Position numbers and translations under genes: made by a program. Positions 51,056 through 64,000 of a stretch of 64,000 bases of DNA are shown one piece after another (position 1 is the first letter of the stretch; every line of letters begins with the position of its first letter). This DNA is from Ostrea edulis (Eukaryota): assembly GCF_947568905.1 (NCBI RefSeq), contig NC_079170.1, positions 79,112,001 to 79,176,000 of the forward strand, given 5' to 3'. The notes beneath the pieces are model-generated. The model was not told where the DNA came from. It saw only the letters and a list, made by a program, of their open reading frames with translations, and ran no database searches.

Positions 51056-53244
51056 TTATCCGGTTTTCTCAATCCGTATTCTGCTGAAACACAGCCCACA
51101 TGTTTCACAGATCGGTCCCAGGTAGCAGCTGAGGTAGGTTCCTACGCACTTCTGAACGTAGATCGCGTAAATGCTGAAGCAGCGATATGCCGGCGTGGCG
51201 CACCAGATTTGCTCAAAACTGATGATTGCGAATTCGCAACCCCAGAACAGCGCTAGAAAGATCCCGCACATAGCCGTCAAGAATATGTAGCAGCAACTCT
51301 TTCCGCCCTCAAAACATTTGCTGCTGTAGGTCCATACACAGTCAGCGCTGCGAGTCCCGTCCGGCTCCCCTAAAACGTCCTCAAAGTTAGCCTGCAATAC
51401 AAGACACCATGCTGTGAAATCTAGGTCTCATTGAGATTCACGTTTGCAAAATTCGTAACATCTCAAAAGGCTAATATTCGTTGTTTTCGCGGTATCAATA
51501 TGTCAAAATATGACAGAGATGTGAATCGCAATAGAAAATTCGCCCCCTTCGTCTAAACCACCAACTATCGGAAACAACAAACAGGTGTTGTTGAGCACCA
51601 TGGAAATGACTGATATGACTTGTGTAGTTGATGTTTCAGGTATTTCGTGTTGTCGTTAAAAAAATGAGTGCAAAATTAAATACTTTACTACCCAAGTGGG
51701 ATGAAGGAGATAGCTGCAGCGTGCATACACACGTGACCTTGATTTGTACACAGATAGGATAGGTTTGGTCCCCACGTGATTGTGTTTTATCCTACATTTG
51801 CAGAATAATGAAGTAAAATTCATGAGATTTCGATTCATTGTAGTAACTGTTCAGGGGAAAGTCTGATTTCGTTAGCATACTCATTCAGCTTTAAAACAAA
51901 TGTTGATATTCTGAATTATCTCGGGAGTTCGTGAAAGAATTCATCAATCTGTGGAAAACACGTGAAAAAATTACCCTATACGCGTGAAATGATGGAGTTT
52001 ACACCAGGGGGACAGGATTTCAAATCTCAGACGAGGCTAAACAGCGACACTTTATCCTGATTTTCATAATCACGCTAACGAAGGCCAAGCAACTTATTGT
52101 GGTTTTTAGTATTTCCCTTTACAATACATCTTGATATTTCATGAACTGGTTCTTAGTTTTAATTGAAGTCAATGTACATGTGCAATAATACACTGCTGAT
52201 TTTGAGACGTTTGTGGGTGTAAGGAACTCTGGGTAGAGACTGCCTTGTTAGCTAGCGCGTATATGTACATTTTGTACCTTAATAGTACATGTATAATCGA
52301 TCGCAAACATCCGCGGAACAACATAATTCAATGATTCTTGTGTGGCAGAAAGACTTGACATTTGCTGAATTAGGATTTTTACTTATATTATTGTAATTGA
52401 AATTGATTTATTTGGAACTTTTTACTTTTTTTCTTCTTTTTTTCCTTCAAGAACCAAAAGCCTTATATATTGTGAGGAACGATAACTCTGGGTAAAGATT
52501 GTAATGAAGGATTCTGTGTCGGTTTGAGGTTCCTTCTTTTTCACTGTCTGATGGACTAGTTTTTGATAATTTTGAACTATTTTGAAAATGTTCTAGAATT
52601 CCTCAATGAATTCAATAATCTGTCGGAAAATCCACCATTCTCTACTCGTGTGGGATACGGAAATTCGTAAGATTCTTTCATGTTCGGCAAAACCTCGTCC
52701 TAGACTGCGTGTCACCCCCACAATAATCGTTTTACACTACTACAACTTGATTAATTATGACGTCATATATCTTTCTACTATCTACGTTATGATCATTACT
52801 AGTTTTTTTGTTTTTTTTTTCCCTTTAAATTTCGCTTTAAATTGTGCAAGTTTTCTTGGGACATATGATTTATTTTAGTTACATGTAGCGACGTAAGACG
52901 CAATACTAGTAAATATTGCCTCTATAGTATGGTTTTGTCGTGCCACCGCGTGTATACACGGCTATTCTATATACGATTCTCTTCTCTTTTTAACGACTCT
53001 ACTATTTTTACAATAATATATCAGTACCACCGCCTTATGTTCTTGATTCGATGTCGTATATGTCTTGCACATGGACATTAATGAAAATAATGCTGAAAGA
53101 AAGTTCTTAATCGATAAAAAAATCGATTGGAGGGGGGGGGGTGTGAAAAAAAAAAGAAAAGAAAAGAAAATATATTGTTACCTGAACATGTTGATTTATG
53201 TTATTTGGATCCCTGTTGATGAGGTCTACCCTGTCGTCCGCCAT
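51056..53244 (-). CDS. CAV: Caveolin G, Cys-rich short caveolin, 132 aa; complement(join(51056..51391,53182..53244))
   Basis: Exon 1 MADDRVDLINRDPNNINQHVQ|GTAACA; exon 2 after TTGCAG| ANFEDVLGEPDGTRSADCVW...FWGCEF...FSRIRIEKTG*. Confidence 0.94.
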
Positions 53245-54526
53245 GATGAAGTCGTCTGAGAGTATATGTGAGGTAAGGCCTCAAAAAAGGAGAGGCATCC
53301 TTTTATACTAGCAGTGCAGAAACACTTCCGAAGTTCAAATATTGACGATTGTTACCTAATAGTTTCTAATTGCACTGATAGAGGGTTTTATTTGTATTAA
53401 GACATACTGTCAACATCGACCTATATTCTTTTAGAAGTGTAAAGTAAACGTTGGCAAAATATTGTAAAGATGGTACATGGCGGAAGATTTCATGTTACGA
53501 ACCGTTGACAGTTAAAAATGAGGTATTTCACTTTGCAAATCAATTATAAATTCACGAAATACACTACATCATTTTAATGATTTTCTATTAAGTTTTAAGA
53601 TGTTCAATTTCGTCATCCTATTTCATCTAAATTTCAACAGAAATATCAAGGCCAATGAGAACGCATCTTTTATTTTGGGTTCCTGTGGATAAAAAACGAC
53701 TTAAAATGCATTCCTTCTTCATATTTATTGCCGGTGCAAACATATATTAGGTAGTTTTACAATTAAACTATTATCTTTCCTCGATCGCTGGAGACCGGGT
53801 TTGCTAGATTTACATGTACAAGGTCCATGAAGTATAAAAATGGAGACGAATGGAAATTTGAGTTAGCGATTTTTGGTATTCCGGATTCCTCCCTTTTGTA
53901 AATATAGAATAGACGATGTCAAACTTCAATCAGACAATAATTTCGTGACGAGCCCCTGTGACCAGCTTTGCAAGAATAAAAATGGATTTCAAAAAGGTGA
54001 GGAGAAACGACATATATGCGTTTAGCAATGGTAAATCCTGTACAACTTAAGATAAACACATACTCCATTTATCTGTTAGTTATATTCCTAGTACTCTTTT
54101 GAAATTATGACAGATAACACGGTACTTTTACTTTTATGATATAACTTTGTGCTTCTTTAGTTTTAAAGTAACCGCTTAATAATAATGACATGTAGTATAT
54201 CCTACCTTACCATCACCATAAAATATTAACTAGCTGTTAAAACGGATATGATGAAATATGCCATGTATAGTCCCTTCTAAAGAAGAGTCTGGTAAAATCT
54301 AAACATATATGTAACTCTCGTGTTGGCATCGAATGGCAAACGATAGAAACTATACCAGAATATTTATATACGTAGATAGTTCATAATTTTATTGATGTAC
54401 CCCAACTGACAAATCTATTATAATATAAAGCTTATAAGTGTGCATGCATTTTTATTGGATTACTTATAATTCACATCAGTCCATCATCCGAATCCGTCGA
54501 CACACCTGCCAATGTATTTTTTGGAT

Positions 54527-55424
54527 TTATGTTTTGGATACGGTGATTCGAGTGAATGCTAATCCACACGTTTCACATATTGGCGCCAGGCAGCACGTGA
54601 TGCAAGTGCCGAAGTACTTCTGCAGGCAACCCATGGTGATTGAGAACAATCGCAGGAAGGGGGTAATGCACCACACCATCGAGAAAGTGATCATAGCGAA
54701 CTCACAGCCCCAATACAGCGCTATGAAGATACCGCACAGAGTGGTCAAGATGTTGTAGCAGCAGTTCTTGCCGCAAGTGAAACAGACGTGGCTGGCCTTC
54801 CATACACAGGCGATACTGTGGGCACCTGCTGGTTCTGCCAAGACGTCTTCAAAGCCTACCTGCCGATAGTCAACAAGAACATCATGTAACAAATTGTGTT
54901 TGGTATCATGATATATATAATACATACAAAATGGACTGATAATCATGATAAATCATAGTGGTTACACCTCAGGTACAAAATATCTGAGGCGGTAAACCTT
55001 AAAAAAAATGTAAGTAAAATTTTGATATAAAATAGTCCAAAGAGAAACATGCAACACAATTTACGAATTGTCCTGGGTTAAGTTAACTTTAGTTTTACCC
55101 TAAAAATGATGACGTTTTTATCATAATATCGTTTACTCGTAATTTACAATTCAGTTAGGCACTGAATCACTTCTTGTCAGTCTTGTACACAATTTATACA
55201 AGTTATAGTCTTGGCAATGCACTCTCTGCCTCTTTTTTAATACACGCCAACTTACAAGACAGAAAATGAAATATCCTTGTCGATAGTAAATTAATATATA
55301 AAGGTATTGATAATTTTACAAATTCATAATATTGGAATAAAATAAAACTGTAGATTGAGAATACCTTGACATGGCCATTGATGTCGTTTGGGTCTCTCTC
55401 ATCAAGATCAAGCTCCTCCAGCAT
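54527..55424 (-). CDS. CAV: Caveolin H, Cys-rich short caveolin, 130 aa; complement(join(54527..54859,55365..55424))
   Basis: Exon 1 MLEELDLDERDPNDINGHVK|GTATTC; exon 2 after CGGCAG| VGFEDVLAEPAGAHSIACVWK...YWGCEF...FTRITVSKT*. Confidence 0.94.
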
Positions 55425-55920
55425 ATTAGTTCTTTATAGGTAGTATACCCCAAAACAGTTACGTGCTCGTGTCAAGAACGATTAGTGAAAGTCCAAACAA
55501 AGTTATACTGGTTTTATTTAAGCATTGTTTTATTGAAATGGAACAGTGATATTCTAGATAACAGTCTATTGTTTCTGAATAACTACTCGGTGTAAATACT
55601 TTTCACGGGAGAGCATACCCTCCCCGTAGACAACAATGCATTATTCTAAAAATAATTTAATTCTTATTGTATTCTAGTCTCTGATTGGTCAAACTAGGCT
55701 ATGCAATTTATTTTTGTATAATATGGTATAGTTTGATATGGAAAAACATCTGCTGACCACCGACATCCGGAACTACTTTTTCTTTCGATTTGTTTTACAT
55801 GCTTTACACTGTTGTAGGCCTTCTATAAAATGAAAAGTCAACGTGTGCGATAAGATACTTCGGTTTAATACACAAATTGTTTTCTCGATTCAAGCAAGAC
55901 GTATATAGAATATACTCACA

Positions 55921-56020
55921 GCACAGGGGCTCATCACGAATTGACCCTCTCTATTTTATAATATAGAATAGACGATGTCAAATTTTAATAAGACAAAACT
56001 TTCGTATCGAGCCCCTGTGC
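55921..56020. mobile_element. 100-bp MITE; partial second copy at ~53900-53962
   Basis: 12-bp inverted ends GCACAGGGGCTC / GAGCCCCTGTGC with TCACA on both flanks; AATATAGAATAGACGATGTCAAA...GAGCCCCTGTG is shared with 53900-53962. Confidence 0.55.
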
Positions 56021-56313
56021 TCACAGATTTAAAAAAATCCAATAACGTTATATTATTTGTATGCTATTTGAATAATAAATAAAAACAGATAATACATGTA
56101 TATTCGAATTATATGTAATGGTATATGAAGTATTTGTAAATTTTGCTCTCTTCTATTCTGACAGGGGAGGGGGGGGGGGGATTGCTTGATCCGCCTTTCA
56201 AGGCACGGAACAAAAAAAAAAAAAAAAAAAAAAACGTCACGTTTTATTAGATGACGTCGCCTCATGGATTGCGGTTAGACATTTGCTTTTCTTTTTTTTT
56301 AATTCCTGTGTCG

Positions 56314-56318
<5 letters not shown>

Positions 56319-56361
<43 letters not shown>
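56319..56361. repeat. (CT)n microsatellite
   Basis: Read directly from the sequence. Confidence 0.9.
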
Positions 56362-56363
<2 letters not shown>

Positions 56364-57213
56364 TCTCTTCTTACTTTCACACTCTGAACTTGTATAACAT
56401 GCTTCTTTGACCAGAAAAAGTTATTCATTATCCTCATGTATCATATATTATAAACAGTTTTAAAAGAATAAATGAATTTTGATTTGAGAATAAAATTTGA
56501 TTAGTACCGATGAAAAGATTAAGAATAAGATTTGATAATTAGTACTGATAAATTCATGTAGATTAAATGAAACCTTGTGCAATAGTTCGTGATCATTGAT
56601 AAACGTCGACCAGTCAGCCAGAGGGCTAGCACGAACAGAAGACTTTCGCAATCGATTTATAATTGCGCATGTGTTAAAGAGCTTTGCGAGCAGTTTCTTC
56701 GTGCGTGTTATGTCATGTATTCAAAGGATGCGGACGTCCATTCATGCATTTTCACGTGATTTCTCTAGCAGTTCATGTGTGGAATTTCCGGTTTGACATG
56801 GATGGGTTAGATACGAGTGCAAGCGGTATTCAACTTCAGATTGATATGTTTAAAAACAACAAGACTGATTAGCTTTTTCGTTCTTTCTCTTTTTATACCC
56901 GGGATAAATTAAAACCGTGTATGAACCAAACCTTGCTAGATTAATTCTGTGGTGTATTGAACAGAAAACTTCAAATCAGTTGTTAATAATTTCATAATTC
57001 AATGGAAAATATTGATATTCAAGATAGTTCATAACAGTCTGTTTTAAATGTTTTTTTTCCTGTCTTTCTGGGTTTGTTTTATTCAGATGAATTCTTATAA
57101 TGTTTGAAATTAATTTAAAACCCATCTCCATATTTCCTCGTCAATTTTGTGAGGTATTTAACAGAATATAATTTAGTGCTCAATTCTCCATTGAAGTGAG
57201 GCGCACCTTTTAA

Positions 57214-57731
57214 AGGGACTGATTCACGATTTTGCCCAACATTTTGTTTTTCACTTTTAATGATCAAAATCTACTGTCTAATGTGTTTTAACGCTTTCAC
57301 ATGAAAATCAAGGTTATACATCATCACAGAAGCTCATTTTAGAGAGTTTATTCTTTGTTTTGTAAACAAAGATTGCGGTATGCTATTGTTTACGAAATTT
57401 TCAAAAAAAAATGGATATCGATCTAAGTTTATTATATCTTTAACATTTCAAGCATTTTTGGGGTAAAATGTGTCATCTAAAAGTTAAAATTTGAGACTAT
57501 CCAAAATTAAGATGCATTATATTACGAAATCAATATTTCACTTGTTTGTTTGTTTACATAAAAAAGACTCGAGTCCTTGTTTACATAACACAGATTTAAG
57601 GCTAAAATATTGCTTTCATTCTTGCATTCAGAAGGTCAAAATTTTGGCTGTCAACATTAAATGAGTTATATTTCTAATGTGTAGCATCAAAAATGAAAAA
57701 TATTTTTATCAAAAATCGTGAACCAGTCCCT
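57214..57731. mobile_element. Kolobok-type non-autonomous DNA transposon
   Basis: TIRs AGGGACTGATTCACGATTTT / AAAATCGTGAACCAGTCCCT with TTAA on both flanks; RR...YY termini plus TTAA TSD fit Kolobok. Confidence 0.78.
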
Positions 57732-58971
57732 TTAAATGTCAAGTTGTACAGGCTACAAAGTGTTAAAAGATTAAATCTTCCTGACCTTCAATCTTTACCT
57801 ACAGTCGTATCTATTAAGTGTGCATGATTTACCGTGAAGAAATTCTTATTTACACTGTTAGAGTTGGTCTATCCCTCCATGGAAAAAAGGCACACACATA
57901 ACATTACATAACGAATTAGGAGACCAGGGTTTTTTCTCATTCCTCGGTAATCACTATATCATTAAGTTTACGGTCGCTTTTTTTTTGGCCTATTTAATGC
58001 ATAAAATCATAGCATGCTTTCAAAAAGTCGGAGTCTGGATTCACATGGTTATCATGACAACGAGCCCGAGTACAATTATAAGATGAACGAAACCATTGTA
58101 ACCGATGATTGTGTGATGTCGGGAGATGGTGTTAAAACAAAGGTTAACATTCCTTATAATATAAACAAACTAAATATTCATTCCTTATATATATTTTTGT
58201 AAACTATTTTGAACTTCATATCTTAAATCAAGTTGAAAGGTCGGTGCATCTATCGAGAAATACAATGCAATGAGGCTGCATGAGCTTATCATTGATAGCA
58301 CATTAATTAGATATCACTTGTATAAAGACACAGTAAAACTTCAATACACAATGTCCGAGTTACATTGTGATTTCTCTTGTACAGGAAGTTTCTTTTCAAC
58401 TAGCTATAGACCTATATTTATTTCATCTAAGAAAAAATGTAAAATCTAGCATCCATTATGGTGCTATTAAATTACACATACAGACAGGAACAGGCGTGTC
58501 CCAGCATTCTTCTCTGAGCCATTCGTATATTTTAAAAGAAGTCACCTATTAAACAAAGTGTTTTACTTAATGTACACGTATACACAAACTTGTATACTTG
58601 GAATATGTGAACTATAGAGCTACAATGGTGGGGCTACGTACGATTTAGATAGTCTAGAGCGGCAATTTTAAATACCAGCAATTATGCACCACACTTTCAA
58701 TAGCTAAAATGCAAACTTTAACACATTGATTTACTCTATGCTAAATTTGAACCCCCCCCCCTCCATCCTAAAATAAAATGATATATAAAAAGCACTTTGA
58801 AACAAGGACAACACCACTTTACGGAACATTTTATTTAGAAAAATAAATATTAATTTCCTGAGAGAAACATCAGCTCTCTTACACAAAGATAATGCCAAAA
58901 ATAGAGTATCACAGCTGTAGACAGAAAACTAGTCAGAAAGGTCGATTTTTTTATGCACTGGGGTTCATTTG

Positions 58972-59963
58972 TTATCCGTTCTTCACTGAAATGTTACTAA
59001 AGCACAGTCCAGCAGTCTCACAAATGGGCGCCAAACAACATGAAACGCACGTGCCGAAGAACTTCTGCATGCACCCCAGGTAAATACCAAATACCCGGAT
59101 GCACGGGGTAGTGCACCAGATCTGCTCGAATGAGATACAGGCGAACTCGCATCCCCAGTACAATGCAATGAAGATTCCACAGATACCAGTCAGGATCGTG
59201 TAACAACAGGCTTTGCCACCCTTAAAACACATGGAACTGATCCTCCACACGCAGTCGGGACTGTGTGATCCATCCGGTTCCCCCAGCACATCTTCAAAAG
59301 CAGTCTGATGTAAAACAGAAATGCAGATAATGTATGCTGTTCATTGTGTTAAAATGCGGAAATGTCTTAGAATAGGAAAATGATGATCCCTATTTCATAC
59401 CATGTCTAGTTTGTTTGTATGGAGAAACTATATCTAAACTCATTCTAGTGGGCTTTTTTTTTTTAAATTACGAAAAATACAGGTGATTAACGATGCTACG
59501 GACGTCCATGAAAACGTGAATTAACACTTTACGTTTTTGCTTCTTTTTATTTTTATTTATTTTGAAAATTATGCGTTCAAATCGGCGTTAAAGCCAAAAT
59601 TCCAACGATTCCCTAGCACCATTTATAGATTATTTATAAAAACGTCTATCAAATATATTTAATTTTTGATGTTGATTTGCATATTTGTATTTCATTACTT
59701 CTAAATTTTCATGAGCTTATTTCAATTCATATTTTTCATTCACAGTCTCAGAATAACACTTCTGTCGAGAAAGCTTTCAACAATTTTTATCCTAAATGTA
59801 ATACTAATACCGATAAACAATATACATATTTTTAACAAAAAGTACATTTTCACACAAATCAATGTTTTATTCTGTTACGATTGTTTTTGTGTACCTGACA
59901 GTGTCTGTTCAGATTGTTAGGGTCCCTGTTTGACAAATCAAGTTCCTTCTGAAGATCATCCAT
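58972..59963 (-). CDS. CAV: Caveolin I, Cys-rich short caveolin, 133 aa; complement(join(58972..59304,59895..59963))
   Basis: Exon 1 MDDLQKELDLSNRDPNNLNRHCQ|GTACAC; exon 2 after TTTTACATCAG| TAFEDVLGEPDGSHSPDCVWR...YWGCEF...FSNISVKNG*. Confidence 0.94.
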
Positions 59964-61756
59964 TTTCAAATCCAATAAAAAGTGCAACAAAAATTAGAAA
60001 GGACCACGTTGACACTTTGGAAAGTGCAGAGTTTCCGTCGCGAGTCTTACATTTATACCTCTCTGAGAAATTACCTTGGTGACGGCAGTTGTCGTTAATT
60101 AGAGAACGGTTGCGAGATTATTGAGAGATATGATTACAAGGGTCTCTTTTGTAAGATAGGAAAGTGTCCCGAGTTGTAACTTTAAGTATCCAATTATAAG
60201 ATCAGTTTTCATTAACGAATGATCGTCAAACTTAACTCTCTTGACATTGGAAATAATTATCATAGCAAAGCACTGTCCTGCATGTGAACCGAAGTCGATA
60301 CATCTACACAGAGACCTGTTGTGATGATTGAAGTCATAATACTTGATGTTAGATGGAAAGGACACACAAATATTTAATTTGATTAACAATCTTTTGACGG
60401 ATCTGATAACGCAGGTTTGAATATATATCTACTGGTAATCATGATTTATGCTGACCATTTTTCTTAAGATGTTTTAATCTTTCCGAATTTAGAATTTGAT
60501 GGATTTTGCAGTTCCCTCTGCAGATTGACCTGATTATTTCATGTAACTGTTATCTTGCAAAATATTTGAGCAACAGGATGTGATGGTTTTGATGATCTTG
60601 TCCTTTTCATCACTCGGTTAATACGTTTACTGACTTCTACATGTAGGGGGGACTCTGCAAAGTCATCAGCTACTACAGATTGTAAATGTAATTCGAAACG
60701 ATATCAATGCATACATGTGAGTTCTTTTGAGTTGAAGGTGCATTTACTTACTCCTTTAGGGAATGAGGAAGATGATGAAAAAAGAATTAAACATGAACCG
60801 ATATAACAATCTGATTTATAATAGAAACAGCCAAAGTCAATAGAAAATGTCTAAAACCATCCAATTTTGCAGTTAATTTTATTGTTGTGTTCCGATTACG
60901 GCAAAAAACAATGTTGTGATATAAGCGGTATTCAGGCTTGTTTTTCTCTTAACTCTCTGAATATTATCTCGGTTTACCTTTCAACAAAAGTATGTTTATT
61001 TAATTTCATATATAAGACTCGTATCACGAGAATAAATTTGAATTCCGACTACGAGAGTTCTTCAAAGGGAAACAACTACGTCTCGTCTCAAATAATACAC
61101 TTTTTGAAAGATTCTCGCTTTGAAAAGATGGAATATAGCCGCCTTTTTCTTTTTCATCTTCTTCTTTTTCCATCTGAAACAAAAACAACTTTTCTACACG
61201 ATGGCACATTCCCGCCGTCCTTTCATGTCTCGCGACACAGTATCACTGTCTGTTACAAACTTCTTCAGCGTTCCGTTAGTGACTAGACATCCAATGTGTG
61301 TACTCCAAACCACAGATAAACTTCACGTGATTGAGGAGACATACTCGGGAGGGAGCTTTCTCGCATTTAATGCATGAAATACGCTAATTTTACAGAGGTT
61401 AAGTTGACATGAAATGAAGTAATCATGCAATATCTCAAAATATTAAATTTCATTAATGAAATATTTAAAATACATGAAACACTTTGAACCGATCTTCGTA
61501 ACCAAAGTGTAGTTCTGCCATTTCACTCCGCAAAAGGTAAGAAACAATTAGTGCTAATTTATAATATATTTAATTAGAGACATCACAATTAGACATAATA
61601 CTTAGAAATATGAGAAACGCACAGACACAAGGGGAAATATATTAAATTATGACGACTTTAGTTGTAGTCGTAGTTCGTTGTTGCAGAAATGCACGTATCA
61701 CAGCTTGGCATAAATTCTCACAGGAAAGTCTGAGTTCCTGATCGGCGATATCAAAC

Positions 61757-62927
61757 TCATTGTTTCGTAATTAAAATTCTACTAAACAACAGACCGCATG
61801 TTTCACAGATTGGTGCGAGGAAACACGTGATACAAGTACCAAAGAACTTCTGGCAACATCCCATGTAGATACTGAAGATCCGGAGGCCGGGTGTGGTGCA
61901 CCAGACTTGATCGAACGTGATCATGGCAAACTCGCAACCCCAGTAGAGGGCAATGAACAAGCCACAAAGTGTTGTCATCACTCTGTAGCAACAATTTTTG
62001 CCGCAGTTAAAACAGGAGTAGCTACATCGCCAGACACAGTCTATGCTGTGAGCGCCATCGGGTTCCGCCAACACGTCCTCGAACGCCACCTGAAGAAACA
62101 AAATGTCTATCTGAATACTGATGATAAAATAATAACGTTATTCGGGGCTGTGCGTTACTTTTCTGTTAGGAATACGCAGGTTCCTGTATAAATGAATTTG
62201 ATTTTTCAGGATATCCAGGAAAATAGTATCATAATTGGATGGAAATCTAACCACTAGTGCAGAATTCATTGGGAAGATATCAACGGAAAATAACACTTCG
62301 CTACAATATCTGAAAAGGCAATACCGTTAAATGATTGCTCCGTACTATATTTTGTATCTTTGTGTGTATTTAGTCATCTTTTTTTTTCGTGGCAATTTAT
62401 TTTTGTTGACTTGGGATGGATGATATACCGGTAATACTTATTGTTAAAACCTCTGCTAATGATTTTCGGAAAATTTAATTTTGTGTTGCATAGTGTTTCT
62501 TGTGTATACATTGCTAGGAATCTGAAAATGTTTTCGGGAGTTTCTACATGGTAATTCTATGCCAACATCGTCCATCGATGTTAATATGCAAAAAAACTAA
62601 CATAATATTGTGGTTACCATATTGTGTTTTCGCGATTGGTTTTGAACTTGTGGCCTCTTTGTGATATTCGTTGTTTAAAAACATTATTCATATATTTAAT
62701 AAAAAAATCTGTACGTGAAAAAAAGACATCTAGAAAGACCACCCTGTCTTCATACTATTTCAGATCAATTGTTCAGGGTCAATGCTAATTTCGTAACCTC
62801 GACTAGAAATGAAGACAGTTGTATTCACTATGGAAACAGCAATATGCGCACTGTTGCCTACCTTAACATGGTCATTGAGCCGGTTGGGATCCCTTTCGAT
62901 CATATCCAGTTCCTTTTCCTGTGACAT
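61757..62927 (-). CDS. CAV: Caveolin J, Cys-rich short caveolin, 132 aa; complement(join(61757..62089,62862..62927))
   Basis: Exon 1 MSQEKELDMIERDPNRLNDHVK|GTAGGC; exon 2 after TTTCTTCAG| VAFEDVLAEPDGAHSIDCVWR...YWGCEF...FSRILITKQ*. Confidence 0.94.
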
Positions 62928-63939
62928 TGTGCTGCTTTGTCTTACTCACAAAAACCTAGCAAATCAATTCGATTATTGTTCAAACTCCTTTTCAAAAGAA
63001 TATCAAAATTTCCTCAAATCAGTCTCAAGAACTTAACAAAACTAAAAAACTGATTTTAATAATTCTTTTTACCGACTTTAGCATTTATGTAGAAAAAAAA
63101 ACCCCATATGATTAAAAAAGAAATCTGGGTTTCCAAGTGTTGAAATAATGAAAATGAGATTTTTTTTTCTTGATACATTAAAATTTTGTGCAATTTGAGA
63201 GTAAGCTATCTGACCTGTCGTGGATAGAAATCCGGGCTAAATGAGGGAGGACCCCGGTACAGGTCGTTTTATTTCCCCCTCTACAGTAACTGCCATTCAT
63301 ATACTCCGTTGTCAAAACATCTCTGATTGCCATTCAATTTTTGCAAATGAATAGCACATTTTACGAAATCTAACAGTATATAATTTGAGTAGAAACCAAT
63401 GATGCAGTAGCCTCTTTATACGTTCCCCCTATTTTGAATTTTCGAAGGGCATTCATAGTACACATAAAGCCATGCTTTTGACATAACATGTTGAGTATTC
63501 AAAAATGTTTTGTTGAATTGCTTTTCTTATGCCCCGTACTCCGAGAGAACAAATACGAAAGTTTGAATTCAAATTGATATGAGATTACTTGAGATATCGA
63601 AATTGAAAAATTAAAAAAATTAAATATGTTCAGTGGTTTTCAACAGCACCCAAGCGTGCCCGTCAGAACATTAATAAGACTGTGCATTGTGAGGCTCTAC
63701 AGAAAATACTCTTCCGATACATACTATATAGAATGGATCACGGAAATTCGAGAAAACAAAGAGAAAGTATTCAGCAAAGCACGATCTTCTCTGTATATCA
63801 GTAAAGCACCATTTGATCTGTATATCGAAGCACTATATCTCTTTCTGATGATATGTTAGAAATCGTAAATATACATGTATGTACAATATATATGCTAATT
63901 TCATGATCATTTTAAGTACCGTTGTGGACATGTTTCCTT

Positions 63940-64000
63940 CGATCCGTGCTAGAATAGGTTCTCAGTATCCCACCCCCGGGGATCCGGGTTAGAAGAGATC
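63940..64000 (+). mobile_element. Partial SINE head(s), same family as 30228-30488, cut by the window end
   Basis: GATCCGTGCTAGAATAGGTTCTCAGTATCCC and CCGGGGATCCGGGTTAGAA. Confidence 0.5.

Noticed and set aside
60071-60160. KRDP-like string and donor-like site on - strand as another caveolin first exon
   Set aside because: The KRDP frame stops after a few codons and lacks the DL..N.H pattern; the real exon 1 of gene I is 59895-59963.

Overview
Eukaryotic, AT-rich genomic DNA, probably from a bivalve such as an oyster (inferred from recalled repeat families; not checked against a database). The window is a dense caveolin gene cluster that the ORF track hides because every gene is split by one phase-0 GT-AG intron. 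I reconstruct 9 intact caveolin genes: A, B, C, E and F on +, and G, H, I and J on -, with the two groups converging tail-to-tail. There is also a two-exon pseudogene (psi-D) and one extra intact first coding exon (30876-30932) with no second exon of its own, probably an alternative first exon of E. Only F (207 aa) looks like a canonical CAV1/CAV3-type protein. The other eight are ~130-aa 'mini-caveolins' that start at the PIN motif, carry 13-18 Cys, lack the CAV1-P110 equivalent and have a Glu in the intramembrane segment. A-C also lack most of the C-terminal beta-strand region. Intergenic and intronic DNA is filled with TE relics (an internally deleted EnSpm/CACTA element with TIRs and TSD, two LINE fragments, Penelope-like 3' ends, SINEs, Kolobok/hAT/Tc1-type MITEs, long hairpins) and several minisatellites. 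All coordinates were read by hand; comparisons with human CAV1 use its sequence and numbering from memory.
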